Shown piece after piece: positions 32,526-42,199 of a stretch of 64,000 nucleotides of DNA. The notes beneath the pieces were generated by a model that saw nothing but the letters and a program-made list of their open reading frames with translations, searched no databases and had not been told where the DNA came from. Position 1 is the first letter of the stretch. Each line of letters starts with the position of its first letter. The stretch spans positions 421 through 64,420 of the forward strand of contig DATIXX010000005.1 of assembly GCA_035518095.1 (NCBI GenBank), in the 5' to 3' direction. The DNA comes from Burkholderiales bacterium (GTDB lineage: Bacteria > Pseudomonadota > Gammaproteobacteria > Burkholderiales > JAHFRG01). The position numbers were made by a program, and so were the translations under genes.

Positions 32526-34451
32526 ATGCAAAAGTCTTTGTTCGCGCTTTGCATTATTTTTTGGTCTGTCCTGCCGGTGCACGCGGACCAGGGAGAGGAT
32601 TTCTTGGCCGCGCGCGAAGCGTATGTGGCGGGAAATATCGGCCGCCTCGACGCCTACGCCAAACGTCTGCAAGACTACGTTCTCGAGCCTTATGTCGCTT
32701 ACTGGCAAATGCGCGCCCGGCTTGAGAGTGCTACCCCCGAGACCGTCAGTGCGTTTATCCTGCGCTACGACGACACATTGCTTGCCGACCGTTTACGTGG
32801 AGAATGGCTCAAAGTACTCGCCAAAAAGGACGAGTGGAATTTGTTTAGCGCAGAATTTCCTCTGCTCCTCAACGAAAGCGTAGAGCTGACCTGTTATGCG
32901 TTGCAGGGGCGGGAGCGTAATGACGACGGTACCGCCCTCCTTGAGGCGCGGGCGTTGTGGTTTTCAGCGCAAATTCAGCCGGACAGCTGCTATCCATTAT
33001 TCGAAACCATGTTCAAGCGTAAGGTGCTTGGACCGGAAGACGTATGGCAACGCCTGCGTCTCGCGTTGGAAGCGGGCGACCTCGCTGCTGCAAAGCGCAT
33101 CATCCAGTACTTACCGGTGAAAGAAGCGCCCAATCTTCGGCTCATCAAAAGCATCGCCGACAAGCCTGAGCGTTATCTGGCAAGACCCGACGATGACCTG
33201 AAAACGCGCGCGGGACGTGAACTCAGGCTGTTTGCCTTATATCGCTTAGCGCGCAGCGATCCACAGCAAGCGGCAGGTTACCTGCAAAAGCTTGAAGACC
33301 GGCTCAACGAGCAAGAGCGAGATTATGCCTGGGCGCAGATTGCTTGCAACGCAGCCCAAAAGCACGATCCCGATGCGCTTTCTTTGTACGGCGAAGTTCG
33401 GGCCGGGCTGCTTAACGATCAGCAGCTTGCCTGGAAAGCGCGCGCGGCACTGCTGACACAGAGGTGGGACACGCTGCTCGCAAGCATCGATGCCCTGTCA
33501 CCGCTGGAACGCCGCCAACCGAACTGGCGTTACTGGGAGGCGCGCGCGCTTAGAGCTCTGGGAAAAAATATTGAAGCAGACGCGATTTTTCAGTCGCTGA
33601 GCAGCGAGCACCATTATTACGGGCAATTGGCAGCCGAGGAGCTGGGAAATGAATACCGGGCGCCCACTATTGCGTACCGGCCCAGCGAAGCGGAAGTTTC
33701 CGCGGTGGAGCAACTGCCCGGCATACAGCGCGCACTGGCCTTGTATCGGCTGGGTTTGCGTTATGAAGGGAATCTGGAATGGGAATGGGATATCCGCGAC
33801 TTCGATGACAAGCAGCTGCTTGCCGCTGCGGAAGTGGCAAGGCGCAACGAGCTGTACGAACGCGCTATTTTCACTGCCAATAGAACGGTGCAGCTGCATG
33901 ATTTCAGCATGCGCTATCTTGCTCCATACCGAAATCTGATGCAGGAGTATGTGCACCAGTCTAATCTCGACGAAGCGTGGCTGTATGGCATCATCCGCCA
34001 GGAAAGCCGGTTCTCCATCACGGCGCGTTCTAACGCTGGCGCGATCGGGCTGATGCAGCTCATGCCGGCAACCGCGCGATGGGTCGCTGCGCGCATCGGT
34101 GAAAAGGGCTTCCATCGCTCGCGGGTTGACGACTTGGATACCAACCTTAATCTGGGCACGTATTACCTGAAACACATACTGGACATTTGCGGCGGTCAGC
34201 TGGTGCTTGCTACAGCCGCCTATAACGCGGGGCCTACGCGCGCTCGCCAATGGAGCATGGATGTACCGATGGAAGGCGCGGTTTATGTGGAAAACATTCC
34301 CCTTAATGAAACGCGCGAGTACGTAAAAAACGTGTTGAGCAGCACGCTATATTACGCCAGTACCTTTGGCAAAGAAATTCCTTCGCTCAAAGCCCTGCTT
34401 GGCACTATTCCGCCGCGCTCGCAAGATCGAGCGATGCAGGTCGAAAGGTAG
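32526..34451 (+). CDS. slt: Soluble lytic murein transglycosylase (Slt70-like)
   Basis: ORF trimmed to the ATG at 32526 (signal peptide MQKSLFALCIIFWSVLPVHA). Superhelical N-terminal region and catalytic IIRQESRF..GLMQLMPATA. Confidence 0.9.
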   Translation: MQKSLFALCIIFWSVLPVHADQGEDFLAAREAYVAGNIGRLDAYAKRLQDYVLEPYVAYWQMRARLESATPETVSAFILRYDDTLLADRLRGEWLKVLAKKDEWNLFSAEFPLLLNESVELTCYALQGRERNDDGTALLEARALWFSAQIQPDSCYPLFETMFKRKVLGPEDVWQRLRLALEAGDLAAAKRIIQYLPVKEAPNLRLIKSIADKPERYLARPDDDLKTRAGRELRLFALYRLARSDPQQAAGYLQKLEDRLNEQERDYAWAQIACNAAQKHDPDALSLYGEVRAGLLNDQQLAWKARAALLTQRWDTLLASIDALSPLERRQPNWRYWEARALRALGKNIEADAIFQSLSSEHHYYGQLAAEELGNEYRAPTIAYRPSEAEVSAVEQLPGIQRALALYRLGLRYEGNLEWEWDIRDFDDKQLLAAAEVARRNELYERAIFTANRTVQLHDFSMRYLAPYRNLMQEYVHQSNLDEAWLYGIIRQESRFSITARSNAGAIGLMQLMPATARWVAARIGEKGFHRSRVDDLDTNLNLGTYYLKHILDICGGQLVLATAAYNAGPTRARQWSMDVPMEGAVYVENIPLNETREYVKNVLSSTLYYASTFGKEIPSLKALLGTIPPRSQDRAMQVER

Positions 34452-34495
34452 CGGGCGGCGGCGTATCTGTTTGATGGAGTTTGTTCGCGCAACGC

Positions 34496-35458
34496 ATGCA
34501 GATCAACAAGGTTTGTGTCATAGGGGGCAGCGGGTTTGTGGGCGGGCATATTGCACACTTGCTTGCTGCACAGGGACGCCGTGTACGCGTACCGGCTCGC
34601 AACCGCGAGCGCGCCAAAGAACTCATCGTTCTGCCGACCGTCGATGTAGTCCAAGCCAACGTCCATGTTGATGACGAGCTTAAGCAAGCGCTTACTGGCA
34701 TGGACGCGGCAATCAATCTGGTGGGTATTTTGCACGAGGAGCGCAACGGAGATTTCAAGCGGGTGCACGTCGAATTGCCGCAAAGGATCGCCAGAATTTG
34801 CGCTAGCTTGGGGGTGAAGCGCATGGTGCACATGAGTGCCCTAAAAGCGGATCCCAACGGGCCAAGCGCCTACCTTCGCTCCAAAGGCGAAGCGGAAGCT
34901 GCGCTCAAGCAAACGACCCAAGGCCCTCAGCTTAGCGTGTTTCGTCCTTCAGTGATATTCGGCCGGGAGGACAATTTTCTCAATTTGTTTGCCAAACTTT
35001 TGAAATACTTTCCGGTGCTGTTTCTCGGGAGCCCGCAGGCGCGGTTTCAGCCGGTTTTCGTGGAGGACGTGGCGCGCGCCATCGTGTTCAGCCTCGACCG
35101 GCTGGAGACCTTTGGCAAGAGTTATGATTTGTGCGGACCTAAGGTGTATACGCTGCGCGAACTGGTGGAATATGTGGCGCAAGTTACGGGGCAACGGCGC
35201 CGCATCATCGGCTTGAGCGATTCACTGTCGTACCTGCAGGCGTGGGCAATGGAACTTCTGCCGCAAGTAATGAGGAAAGAATTACCGCTGACTCGCGATA
35301 GCTACTATTCGATGAAAGTAGACAGCGTGTGTGATTGCGATTTTCCTGAAATTTTCGGATTCAAACCGGCGGCGCTGCAAGCCTTGGTGCCGCTGTATCT
35401 CACCGGCGGCACACCGCGCGAACGCTATCGCATGTTTCGTTTCAAGGCGCGGCGCTAA
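34496..35458 (+). CDS. NAD(P)-binding SDR, complex I NDUFA9-like family
   Basis: ORF trimmed to the ATG at 34496. VCVIGGSGFVGGHI Rossmann motif and overall NmrA/NDUFA9-like layout. Confidence 0.78.
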   Translation: MQINKVCVIGGSGFVGGHIAHLLAAQGRRVRVPARNRERAKELIVLPTVDVVQANVHVDDELKQALTGMDAAINLVGILHEERNGDFKRVHVELPQRIARICASLGVKRMVHMSALKADPNGPSAYLRSKGEAEAALKQTTQGPQLSVFRPSVIFGREDNFLNLFAKLLKYFPVLFLGSPQARFQPVFVEDVARAIVFSLDRLETFGKSYDLCGPKVYTLRELVEYVAQVTGQRRRIIGLSDSLSYLQAWAMELLPQVMRKELPLTRDSYYSMKVDSVCDCDFPEIFGFKPAALQALVPLYLTGGTPRERYRMFRFKARR

Positions 35459-35488
35459 GGCGTGAGCCGGCTTGAATCGCATGGGCCA

Positions 35489-36742
35489 ATGAAAATTTAT
35501 GCGGTCGGCGGCGCAGTACGCGACGAACTTTTGGGTCTCAAAGTAACGGATCGCGATTACGTGGTGGTCGGCGCTACGCCGCGGGAAATGCTGCGTTTGG
35601 GCTTCAAGCCGGTAGGCAAGGATTTCCCGGTGTTTCTCCACCCCAGAAGCCATGAGGAATACGCTCTGGCGCGCACCGAACGCAAGACGGCCCGAGGCTA
35701 CAAAGGGTTCAAGATTCACGCCGCCCCTGATGTCACGCTGGAGGACGATTTGGCGCGGCGCGATCTCACCATCAACGCCATCGCCAAGGATGAAAATGGG
35801 CGGACCATTGATCCGTATGGCGGCGTGAAAGACCTCAAGGCCGGCGTTTTGCGACATGTGAGTCCGGCTTTTGCTGAAGACCCGGTGCGCATTTTGCGAG
35901 TAGCGCGATTCGCGGCGCGCTTTGGTTTTCAGGTCGCCGGGGAAACGCTCGAACTGATGCGTAAAATGGTGCAAAACGGCGAAGTCGACGCGTTGATTGC
36001 TGAGCGTGTGTGGCAGGAGCTGGCGAAAGGCTTGATGGAAACGAAGCCCTCGCGCATGTTTGAAGTGCTGAGACAAAGCGGCGCACTCAGCAAAATTCTC
36101 CCGGAAATAGACCATTTGTTCGGTGTACCACAGCCTGCCGAATACCATCCGGAAATTGACACCGGGGTGCATATCATGCTGGTTGTCGACTATGCCGCGT
36201 CGAAGAATTTTTCGCTGCCGGTGCGCTTTGCCGCGCTGGTACACGATCTTGGCAAGGGCGTGACGCCGCGCAGCAAATGGCCTCACCATCCCGGCCATGA
36301 GGCGCGAAGCGAGGAGTTGGTAGAAAAACTCTGCAGGCGCATCAGGGTTCCTGCCGGTTGCCGCGATTTGGCGCTTCTCGCTGCCCGGCATCATGGCGAG
36401 GCACGGCGTGCGCGCGAGCTCAGGCCCGCGACAGTCATCCGGTTGCTTCAGGCGCTGGATGCATTCCGCAAGCCGAAGCGATTTGTCGAATTTCTTGAGG
36501 CCTGCAGCTGCGATTTTCACGGCCGTCCGGGGTTTGAAACCAAGCCATTTGCGCAAGCTGAAATCCTGCAACAGGCTTTGCATGCGGCGCAAAGCGTGAA
36601 TGCGGGCGCAATAGCCAAGCGGCTGCGCAACCCTGCGCTAATTGCCGCCAAAGTGCGCGCGGCGCGAATTGCAGCGGTCAAAGACCAGTTGCAACAGGCT
36701 GTCGGAACCGCTGCCAAACTTGAAGCAATTAAAGCGCTTTAA
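35489..36742 (+). CDS. cca: Multifunctional CCA-adding tRNA nucleotidyltransferase
   Basis: ORF trimmed to the ATG at 35489. MKIYAVGGAVRDELLG, RDLTINA, and a C-terminal HD domain (HDLGK). Confidence 0.93.
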   Translation: MKIYAVGGAVRDELLGLKVTDRDYVVVGATPREMLRLGFKPVGKDFPVFLHPRSHEEYALARTERKTARGYKGFKIHAAPDVTLEDDLARRDLTINAIAKDENGRTIDPYGGVKDLKAGVLRHVSPAFAEDPVRILRVARFAARFGFQVAGETLELMRKMVQNGEVDALIAERVWQELAKGLMETKPSRMFEVLRQSGALSKILPEIDHLFGVPQPAEYHPEIDTGVHIMLVVDYAASKNFSLPVRFAALVHDLGKGVTPRSKWPHHPGHEARSEELVEKLCRRIRVPAGCRDLALLAARHHGEARRARELRPATVIRLLQALDAFRKPKRFVEFLEACSCDFHGRPGFETKPFAQAEILQQALHAAQSVNAGAIAKRLRNPALIAAKVRAARIAAVKDQLQQAVGTAAKLEAIKAL

Positions 36743-36765
36743 TTTCGATATGCCACGAGAGCACC

Positions 36766-37251
36766 GTGTTTAAACGCGTTTTGTACATTTTGCTTTTGCG
36801 GGCTCCCGCATTTGCGCTGGCGGATTCCACGAATGAGCCTGGAAAAAACCAGTAGCGACTTGAGGATCGCTTCAAGCAAGCCGACAAGGATCATGACGGC
36901 ACGCTTACCATGGAAGAGCCCAAGGCCATCCCTTATGCGTGTAAAAATTTCCGTGCCATGCATAGCGACAAGGATGGCACCGTTTCCTTGGGTGAAATCC
37001 GCGCCCACGGGAAATCCCGAGAAAAAAACGCACAGCAGCGGGCCAGGGAGCAATTCAAAAAGGCCGATGAGGATCACGATGGCACGCTGACGCGAGAGGA
37101 AGCCAGGGCCATGCCCCACGTGTATCAAAACTTCGATGCCATAGACGCCGACAAGGACGCGACATTCACGCTTGAAGAAATCCACAGCTACATGCAAGCC
37201 AAAAGCGAGCAGAAGTCCACGAGTTCGCAGTCCGACTCATGGAATAACTAA
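36766..37251 (+). pseudogene. Secreted 4-EF-hand calcium-binding protein interrupted by an in-frame TAG at 36853..36855
   Basis: GTG at 36766 gives the signal peptide VFKRVLYILLLRAPAFALA-DSTNEPGKNQ. TAG follows, and the same frame continues RLEDRFKQADKDHDGTLTMEE..DKDGTVSLGE..DEDHDGTLTREE..DADKDATFTLEE. The track ORF (ATG 36910) starts inside the first EF loop. Confidence 0.65.
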
Positions 37252-37326
37252 CCAAACGCCTGCGGAATCAATTCCCAGAGTCTCGTTATTTTTGAAACGC
37301 GAATCTCACGCGAAATAGTATCGCGA

Positions 37327-37950
37327 ATGATAGATCTGTACACCTGGTCTACACCCAACGGTCGCAAGATTTCTATTATGCTGGAAGAGACTGGGCTCCC
37401 ATATCGTGTGCATGCGGTTGATCTTTCCAAGCGCGAACAGTTCCAGCCGGAATTTATAGCGATCTCGCCGTCCGGCAAAATACCCGCCATTATCGACGAA
37501 CAAGGACCGAACGGCGCCCCATACAGGATGTTCGAATCCGGCGCGATTTTGATTTACCTTGCGGAAAAAACCGGCAGGTTTCTGACGAATGCCGCGGTAG
37601 CGCGTTATGAGATTCTGCAGTGGCTGATGTTCCAAATGGGCAATGTCGGCCCGTTTTTTGGTCAGGCGCACCATTTCCTGCGTTTCGCGCCCGAGGCGGT
37701 GCCGTACGCCATCGAGCGCTACACCAATGAAACCGCCCGTCTATACGGTGTGCTGCAGCGCCGGCTTTCCGAGCACGAATATCTTGCGGGCGAATATTCG
37801 ATCGCCGATATCGCAACTTTTCCGTGGGTCGCGCGCTTTGAGTGGCATAAAATCAGGCTGGAGAATTATCCAAGCGTGAAACGCTGGTTCGATATGATCG
37901 CCGCGCGCCCCGCAGTGCAGCGGGGCATGCAGGTGCCGGGCGCACCCTGA
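37327..37950 (+). CDS. yfcG: Nu-class glutathione S-transferase (YfcG-like disulfide-bond reductase)
   Basis: 207 aa. MIDLYTWSTPNGRKISIMLEE..SPSGKIPAIID..FESGAILIYLAEKTG..PYAIERY closely parallels E. coli YfcG as I recall it. Confidence 0.85.
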   Translation: MIDLYTWSTPNGRKISIMLEETGLPYRVHAVDLSKREQFQPEFIAISPSGKIPAIIDEQGPNGAPYRMFESGAILIYLAEKTGRFLTNAAVARYEILQWLMFQMGNVGPFFGQAHHFLRFAPEAVPYAIERYTNETARLYGVLQRRLSEHEYLAGEYSIADIATFPWVARFEWHKIRLENYPSVKRWFDMIAARPAVQRGMQVPGAP

Positions 37951-38006
37951 GCAGACACTGAGCGTTACTATGGCCGCAAGATTCGCGGCGCGCTCCAAGG
38001 CATCTA

Positions 38007-38672
38007 TCAGTTCGCCCTGCTGTGGCGTTCCAGGAAATCGAGGATATCCTCGATCTTGAGTTCATGAGGATTCCGGGTTCTGCCCTTGACGACCCCCACC
38101 CACGCCATATTTTTCTGCATGCGTTCCACCACCTTGCGCCATTCTTTTGCGGTATGCCGCTTCGGATCGGGAAGCTCGTGGCATTGGGCGCAGGCTTCAC
38201 TATAGGTCTGCCCCGAAATCGTGGTCTTGAGGTCCGGATATTGTGCCGGATTTATGGCATTTTGGCCGTATTTGCCCAGGTACGCGAGCAGCGAATCGAG
38301 TTCATGCTGCGACGGCGCTTTTACCCCTTCCATCAGCTCCTTCATTAGCGTGCCCATATTGCCTTCGCCGCGCATACGTCGGTCCATGCGATCCACCACC
38401 ACCCGCCATCTTTCGGGCGTGTGCATATAAGGGCTGGGCAAGTAATGACACTGCACGCAATAACGCGTTAAAGCCTGCGCACCGGCAGAGTCCGGTTGCG
38501 GCAATTCCCTGGGGTCCGGGCCGGGCGGAAGTACGCGGCGCAGCATCAAGCCGTACGGACCTTGCTCCCATTTATTGACGGCGGCGCGGTCTTGCGGCGG
38601 CTCGATGGCCGTTGCCTGGCTAGCCGAAAATAGCAGCACTGCGAAGTACAAATAACAGCGATATAGGCTCAC
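38007..38672 (-). CDS. Periplasmic dihaem c-type cytochrome (tandem duplicated module)
   Basis: 221 aa with a signal peptide and two CxxCH sites (CVQCH, CAQCH). Each site is followed by P..H T..(R/E)W R.VV.RM. Confidence 0.8.
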   Translation of the reverse strand: MSLYRCYLYFAVLLFSASQATAIEPPQDRAAVNKWEQGPYGLMLRRVLPPGPDPRELPQPDSAGAQALTRYCVQCHYLPSPYMHTPERWRVVVDRMDRRMRGEGNMGTLMKELMEGVKAPSQHELDSLLAYLGKYGQNAINPAQYPDLKTTISGQTYSEACAQCHELPDPKRHTAKEWRKVVERMQKNMAWVGVVKGRTRNPHELKIEDILDFLERHSRAN

Positions 38673-38771
38673 GATTGATTGCCGATCATGCGCGGCGCGT
38701 GCAAGTCACGGTGATTATATTGTGCTAACCTGCAAGGCGACCAGTTTTCAACAAATCCGGAGGGAGCATTC

Positions 38772-40191
38772 ATGCCATCGACCGACCGTTACGACGCCAT
38801 TATCGTCGGCACCGGACAATCTGGCAGCCCACTTGCAAGAGCCCTCGCGGGCGCCGGCTGGAAAACCGCAGTGATTGAACGCGAGCACGTCGGCGGTACC
38901 TGCATAAACGTCGGCTGCACGCCGACCAAGACCATGGTGGCGAGCGCGCGTATCGCGTATCTGGCGCGCGGCGCCGCGAGCTACGGAATCAACGCCGGGG
39001 ACGTGAGCGTGGACATGGCTAAGATATACGCTCGGAAACAGGCGATCGTTGAACGTTTTCGCAGCGGCGGACAGGATAGGCTGAAAAAAACACCCAATCT
39101 AGAGCTCATTTTCGGCGCGGCGCGATTTAGTGATAGGCGCACGCTCGAGGTGCGTTTGAATAACGGTGGAAAGCTGGAAATGACAGCAGACAAAATCGTC
39201 ATCAACACTGGAGGTTCACCCGCGCTGCCGCGTTTGCCCGGATTGAGAGAAGCTCAACCGCTGAATTCGTCCACCATCATGGAACTGCAGCATCTTCCGG
39301 AACATCTGCTGGTGCTGGGCGGAAGCTACGTCGGACTCGAGTTTGCGCAGATGTTCCGCCGCTTCGGCAGCCGCGTCACCATCATTCATCGCGGCGACCG
39401 GCTGCTCGAGCGCGACGATCCGGATGTCTCGGAGGAAGTGCGCCAGATCCTGCGCCAGGATGGCATTGAGATTGCGTTAAGCGCGCACGCCATGCAGATC
39501 TCCAAGCTGGCGAACGGCGGCGTTGAAGTGGTCAGCAAGGTGCACGATACAGAACAGACAGTTACGGGCTCGCACTTGCTTGCCGCACTGGGACGCGTGC
39601 CCAACACGCCTGACTTGAATCTCGGTGCAGCGGGAATCGAGACCGACAAACAGGGATACATCAAGGTCAACAACAAACTCGAAACCAGCGTTCCCGGCAT
39701 TTTCGCCATTGGCGATGTCAAGGGCGGCCCCGCGTTCACGCATATTTCCTACGACGATTTTCGCATCCTACGATCGAACTGGCTGGAAGCCGGAAATTCC
39801 ACGCTAGAGGGCCGGCTGGTGCCCAGCGCGATGTTCATTGATCCGCAGCTGGCGAGTGTGGGGCTCAGCGAGACCGAGGCGCGGGCCCAAGGCCGCAATT
39901 ACCGGGTCGCGAAACTGCCGATGACGAGCGTGGCGCGGGCGATTGAGGTCGGTGAAACGCGGCTTCATGAAAGCGTTAGTCGATTCTGACACCGGACAGG
40001 TTCTCGGCTGCACAATACTGGGAATCGAGGGGGGTGAAGTCATGGCGGTGCTGCAAATGGCAATGATGGGGCGCGTACATTACGCGAAAATTAAGGAAGC
40101 AATTTTCGCCCACCCCACTCTCGCAGAAGCTCTCAATAATTTGTTCCTGACGTTGGAAGCGCGATTACTCAATGCCTGTACTGTCTCCTGA
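38772..40191 (+). pseudogene. Class I FAD-dependent pyridine nucleotide-disulfide oxidoreductase, frame broken near 39954..39963
   Basis: ORF 38772..39989 carries GTGQSG, the redox-active GGTCINVGCTPTK and the NAD site LVLGGSYVGLE. The dimerisation domain (RGFMKALVDSDTGQVLGCTILG..HPTLAEAL) continues in the +1 frame (39943..40191). Confidence 0.7.
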
Positions 40192-40221
40192 CAGCCGACC
40201 ACAGGAAACGGCATCGACCTC

Positions 40222-40887
40222 ATGAACGGGAAAATCATTTTATCCTGGACAGGCGGCATGAAAAGCGTGCTAATGCTGCACCGGCTACTCGAGCAAGGCG
40301 AACATGAGGTCTTGGCACTGGTGGCTGCAATAGCCGCAGGCGAAAGCAAAGGCCGAATCGGCGACGTACCGCGCGCCCTGCTCGAAACGCAAGCCTGCGC
40401 TCTGGGTTTCCCGCTTTACATCTATGACGTGCCAAGCGGTGCCGACGATGCAGTGCGACAGAGAATATTTGGCGGACTGATGCTCCGGCTCAAACGCAGG
40501 AACGTGAACAGCGTCGCATTTGGCGGCATTTTTGCCGAGGACATGCGAGCATTCGCCGAGAGCCTGTCGAATAAGTACGGTATCCAGTGTCTTTTTCCGC
40601 TTTGGAAAAGCGACAGCCGCGCGCTTGCGAGCGAGTTCATGGAACTGGGATTTAAGGGTGTGGCCGTCGGCGTGGACGGCCGTACCCTTGATGCTTCATT
40701 CGCCGGCCGAGAGATCGACAGCGAATTTTTCAGGGAGTTACCCGGGAAGGTAGACCCTTGCGGCGAGAACAGCGAATTCACAAGCTTTATTTACGATGGT
40801 CCGCTATTCAAGGACCGGTTGCGGTTTGCCAAGGGCGCAGTGACACAGCAGGGCGGATTTTATTATTGCAATATGATCGAAGCATGA
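40222..40887 (+). CDS. Dph6/MJ0570-type adenine nucleotide alpha-hydrolase-like protein (ATP_bind_4) with degenerate PP-loop
   Basis: 221 aa. ILSWTGGMKS stands in place of SWSGGKDS. The C-terminal DPCGENSEFTSFIYDGPLF matches the family GENGEFHTFV motif. Confidence 0.7.
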   Translation: MNGKIILSWTGGMKSVLMLHRLLEQGEHEVLALVAAIAAGESKGRIGDVPRALLETQACALGFPLYIYDVPSGADDAVRQRIFGGLMLRLKRRNVNSVAFGGIFAEDMRAFAESLSNKYGIQCLFPLWKSDSRALASEFMELGFKGVAVGVDGRTLDASFAGREIDSEFFRELPGKVDPCGENSEFTSFIYDGPLFKDRLRFAKGAVTQQGGFYYCNMIEA

Positions 40888-40958
40888 ATATCGGGCGGTT
40901 GCGAAATATGCCAGCATACCATTCGCTTTCGCGTGCCCCAAAAGCGATCAACTGACAC

Positions 40959-42122
40959 TCACAGCATGCGGCTTTTGTTTCCATTGGTAAAACCGACGAG
41001 AGTTTGGGAAATGCCTTTGCCCAAAGCCAGTGCTTTAAATAACTCCCCCATTTCAGCCGGACTGAGCAGCTTTTGGGCCACCGATGCCAAAGGCAGGTAG
41101 GCAGCATCGACAGGCGCGGTTTTACTCAAAATTTCCGTGATACCGCAATTAACCAGAAACTGAGCCTGGGTGGTGTATCCGAGCAGACGCAAGTTTCCGG
41201 CGCTCTCCACCAATGCGCTGAAATTAACATGGGAGGTTATGTCTTGCAGTCCCGGCAGGTAAAACGGATCGTCGTGTGCGCGCTGGCGGTAATGGCACAT
41301 TAAGGTGCCGCGGTTGCGTTGCGGGTGATAATACTCCTGCGCGCCGAATCCATAATCCACTACGAGTATTACGCCCTGCTCCAGGAGCGCTGCAAGACTG
41401 TGCATCAAAACTCGTCCGGCAAGGTGAATTTCACTGATATAGTCCTCCGGCAGGTGCAGCTTTGATGCGGAGTCCAACAATTCTTCATGTTCGAGCAGGC
41501 GTTCTTTCCAGCTGAAACTTCCGTCTGCATAAGCGACGCCACGCTCGAAAATGGCCTGCCTGCGCCAAGCTACGACATGCACCGGAAGCGCGTCGAAGAC
41601 CTCGTTCGCCAGGATCAGTCCGCCAAATTGCTGCGGCAATGTGTCGATCCATTTCACGCGCCGCGCAAGCTTTTCAGGAAGCGTACTGATCAACGCTTGC
41701 TGGCGGCTTCGCAGTTCGCCGCTCACCTCGAGTATCAAGTAATTCTCGGGAGCGACGTTCTGCTCTTCGAGCCCGCGCAGCAGGTCGCACGCAAGTTTCC
41801 CCGTTCCGGCTCCAAGTTCCAAAATATCTCCCGCAACAAGCGATAGCACCTGTGATGCTTGTCTCGATAAGCACTTGGCGAACAGCGGGGACATATCGGG
41901 GGCGGTGACAAAATCGCCTGCAATCCCAAATTTTTCCGCGCCTGCGCTGTAATAGCCGAGCCCCGGAGCGTACAGCGCTAGCTCCATATAGCGGGCAAAG
42001 GAAATCCAGCCGCCGCTCGCTGCAATTTCCTTGATCATCATATGCACCACACGTTCGCTGTGCTCCAATAGCTGCGCGCTGGGCTGTGGCAATGACGTCA
42101 CGCGGGACTGATCAGGGAACAA
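40959..42122 (-). CDS. Class I SAM-dependent methyltransferase, MidA/NDUFAF7 (DUF185) family
   Basis: 387 aa with TTG start. ISFARYMELALYAPGLGYYSAG, GDFVTAPDMSPLF and ILELGAGTGKLA. Confidence 0.85.
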   Translation of the reverse strand: MFPDQSRVTSLPQPSAQLLEHSERVVHMMIKEIAASGGWISFARYMELALYAPGLGYYSAGAEKFGIAGDFVTAPDMSPLFAKCLSRQASQVLSLVAGDILELGAGTGKLACDLLRGLEEQNVAPENYLILEVSGELRSRQQALISTLPEKLARRVKWIDTLPQQFGGLILANEVFDALPVHVVAWRRQAIFERGVAYADGSFSWKERLLEHEELLDSASKLHLPEDYISEIHLAGRVLMHSLAALLEQGVILVVDYGFGAQEYYHPQRNRGTLMCHYRQRAHDDPFYLPGLQDITSHVNFSALVESAGNLRLLGYTTQAQFLVNCGITEILSKTAPVDAAYLPLASVAQKLLSPAEMGELFKALALGKGISQTLVGFTNGNKSRML

Positions 42123-42199
42123 TGGGCAAGCGCTTACCGTCAGGAAATTGCTGTAAAATTCTGCTTATCAGCACCATCAGAATATAACGGAGAAACAGG

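Noticed and set aside
35282-36592. 436-aa ORF on the minus strand, the longest unassigned ORF in the track
   Set aside because: It lies entirely antisense to the well-supported cca gene. Its product is Arg/Ala/His-rich and low-complexity with no motifs. This is a typical shadow ORF in GC-rich coding DNA.
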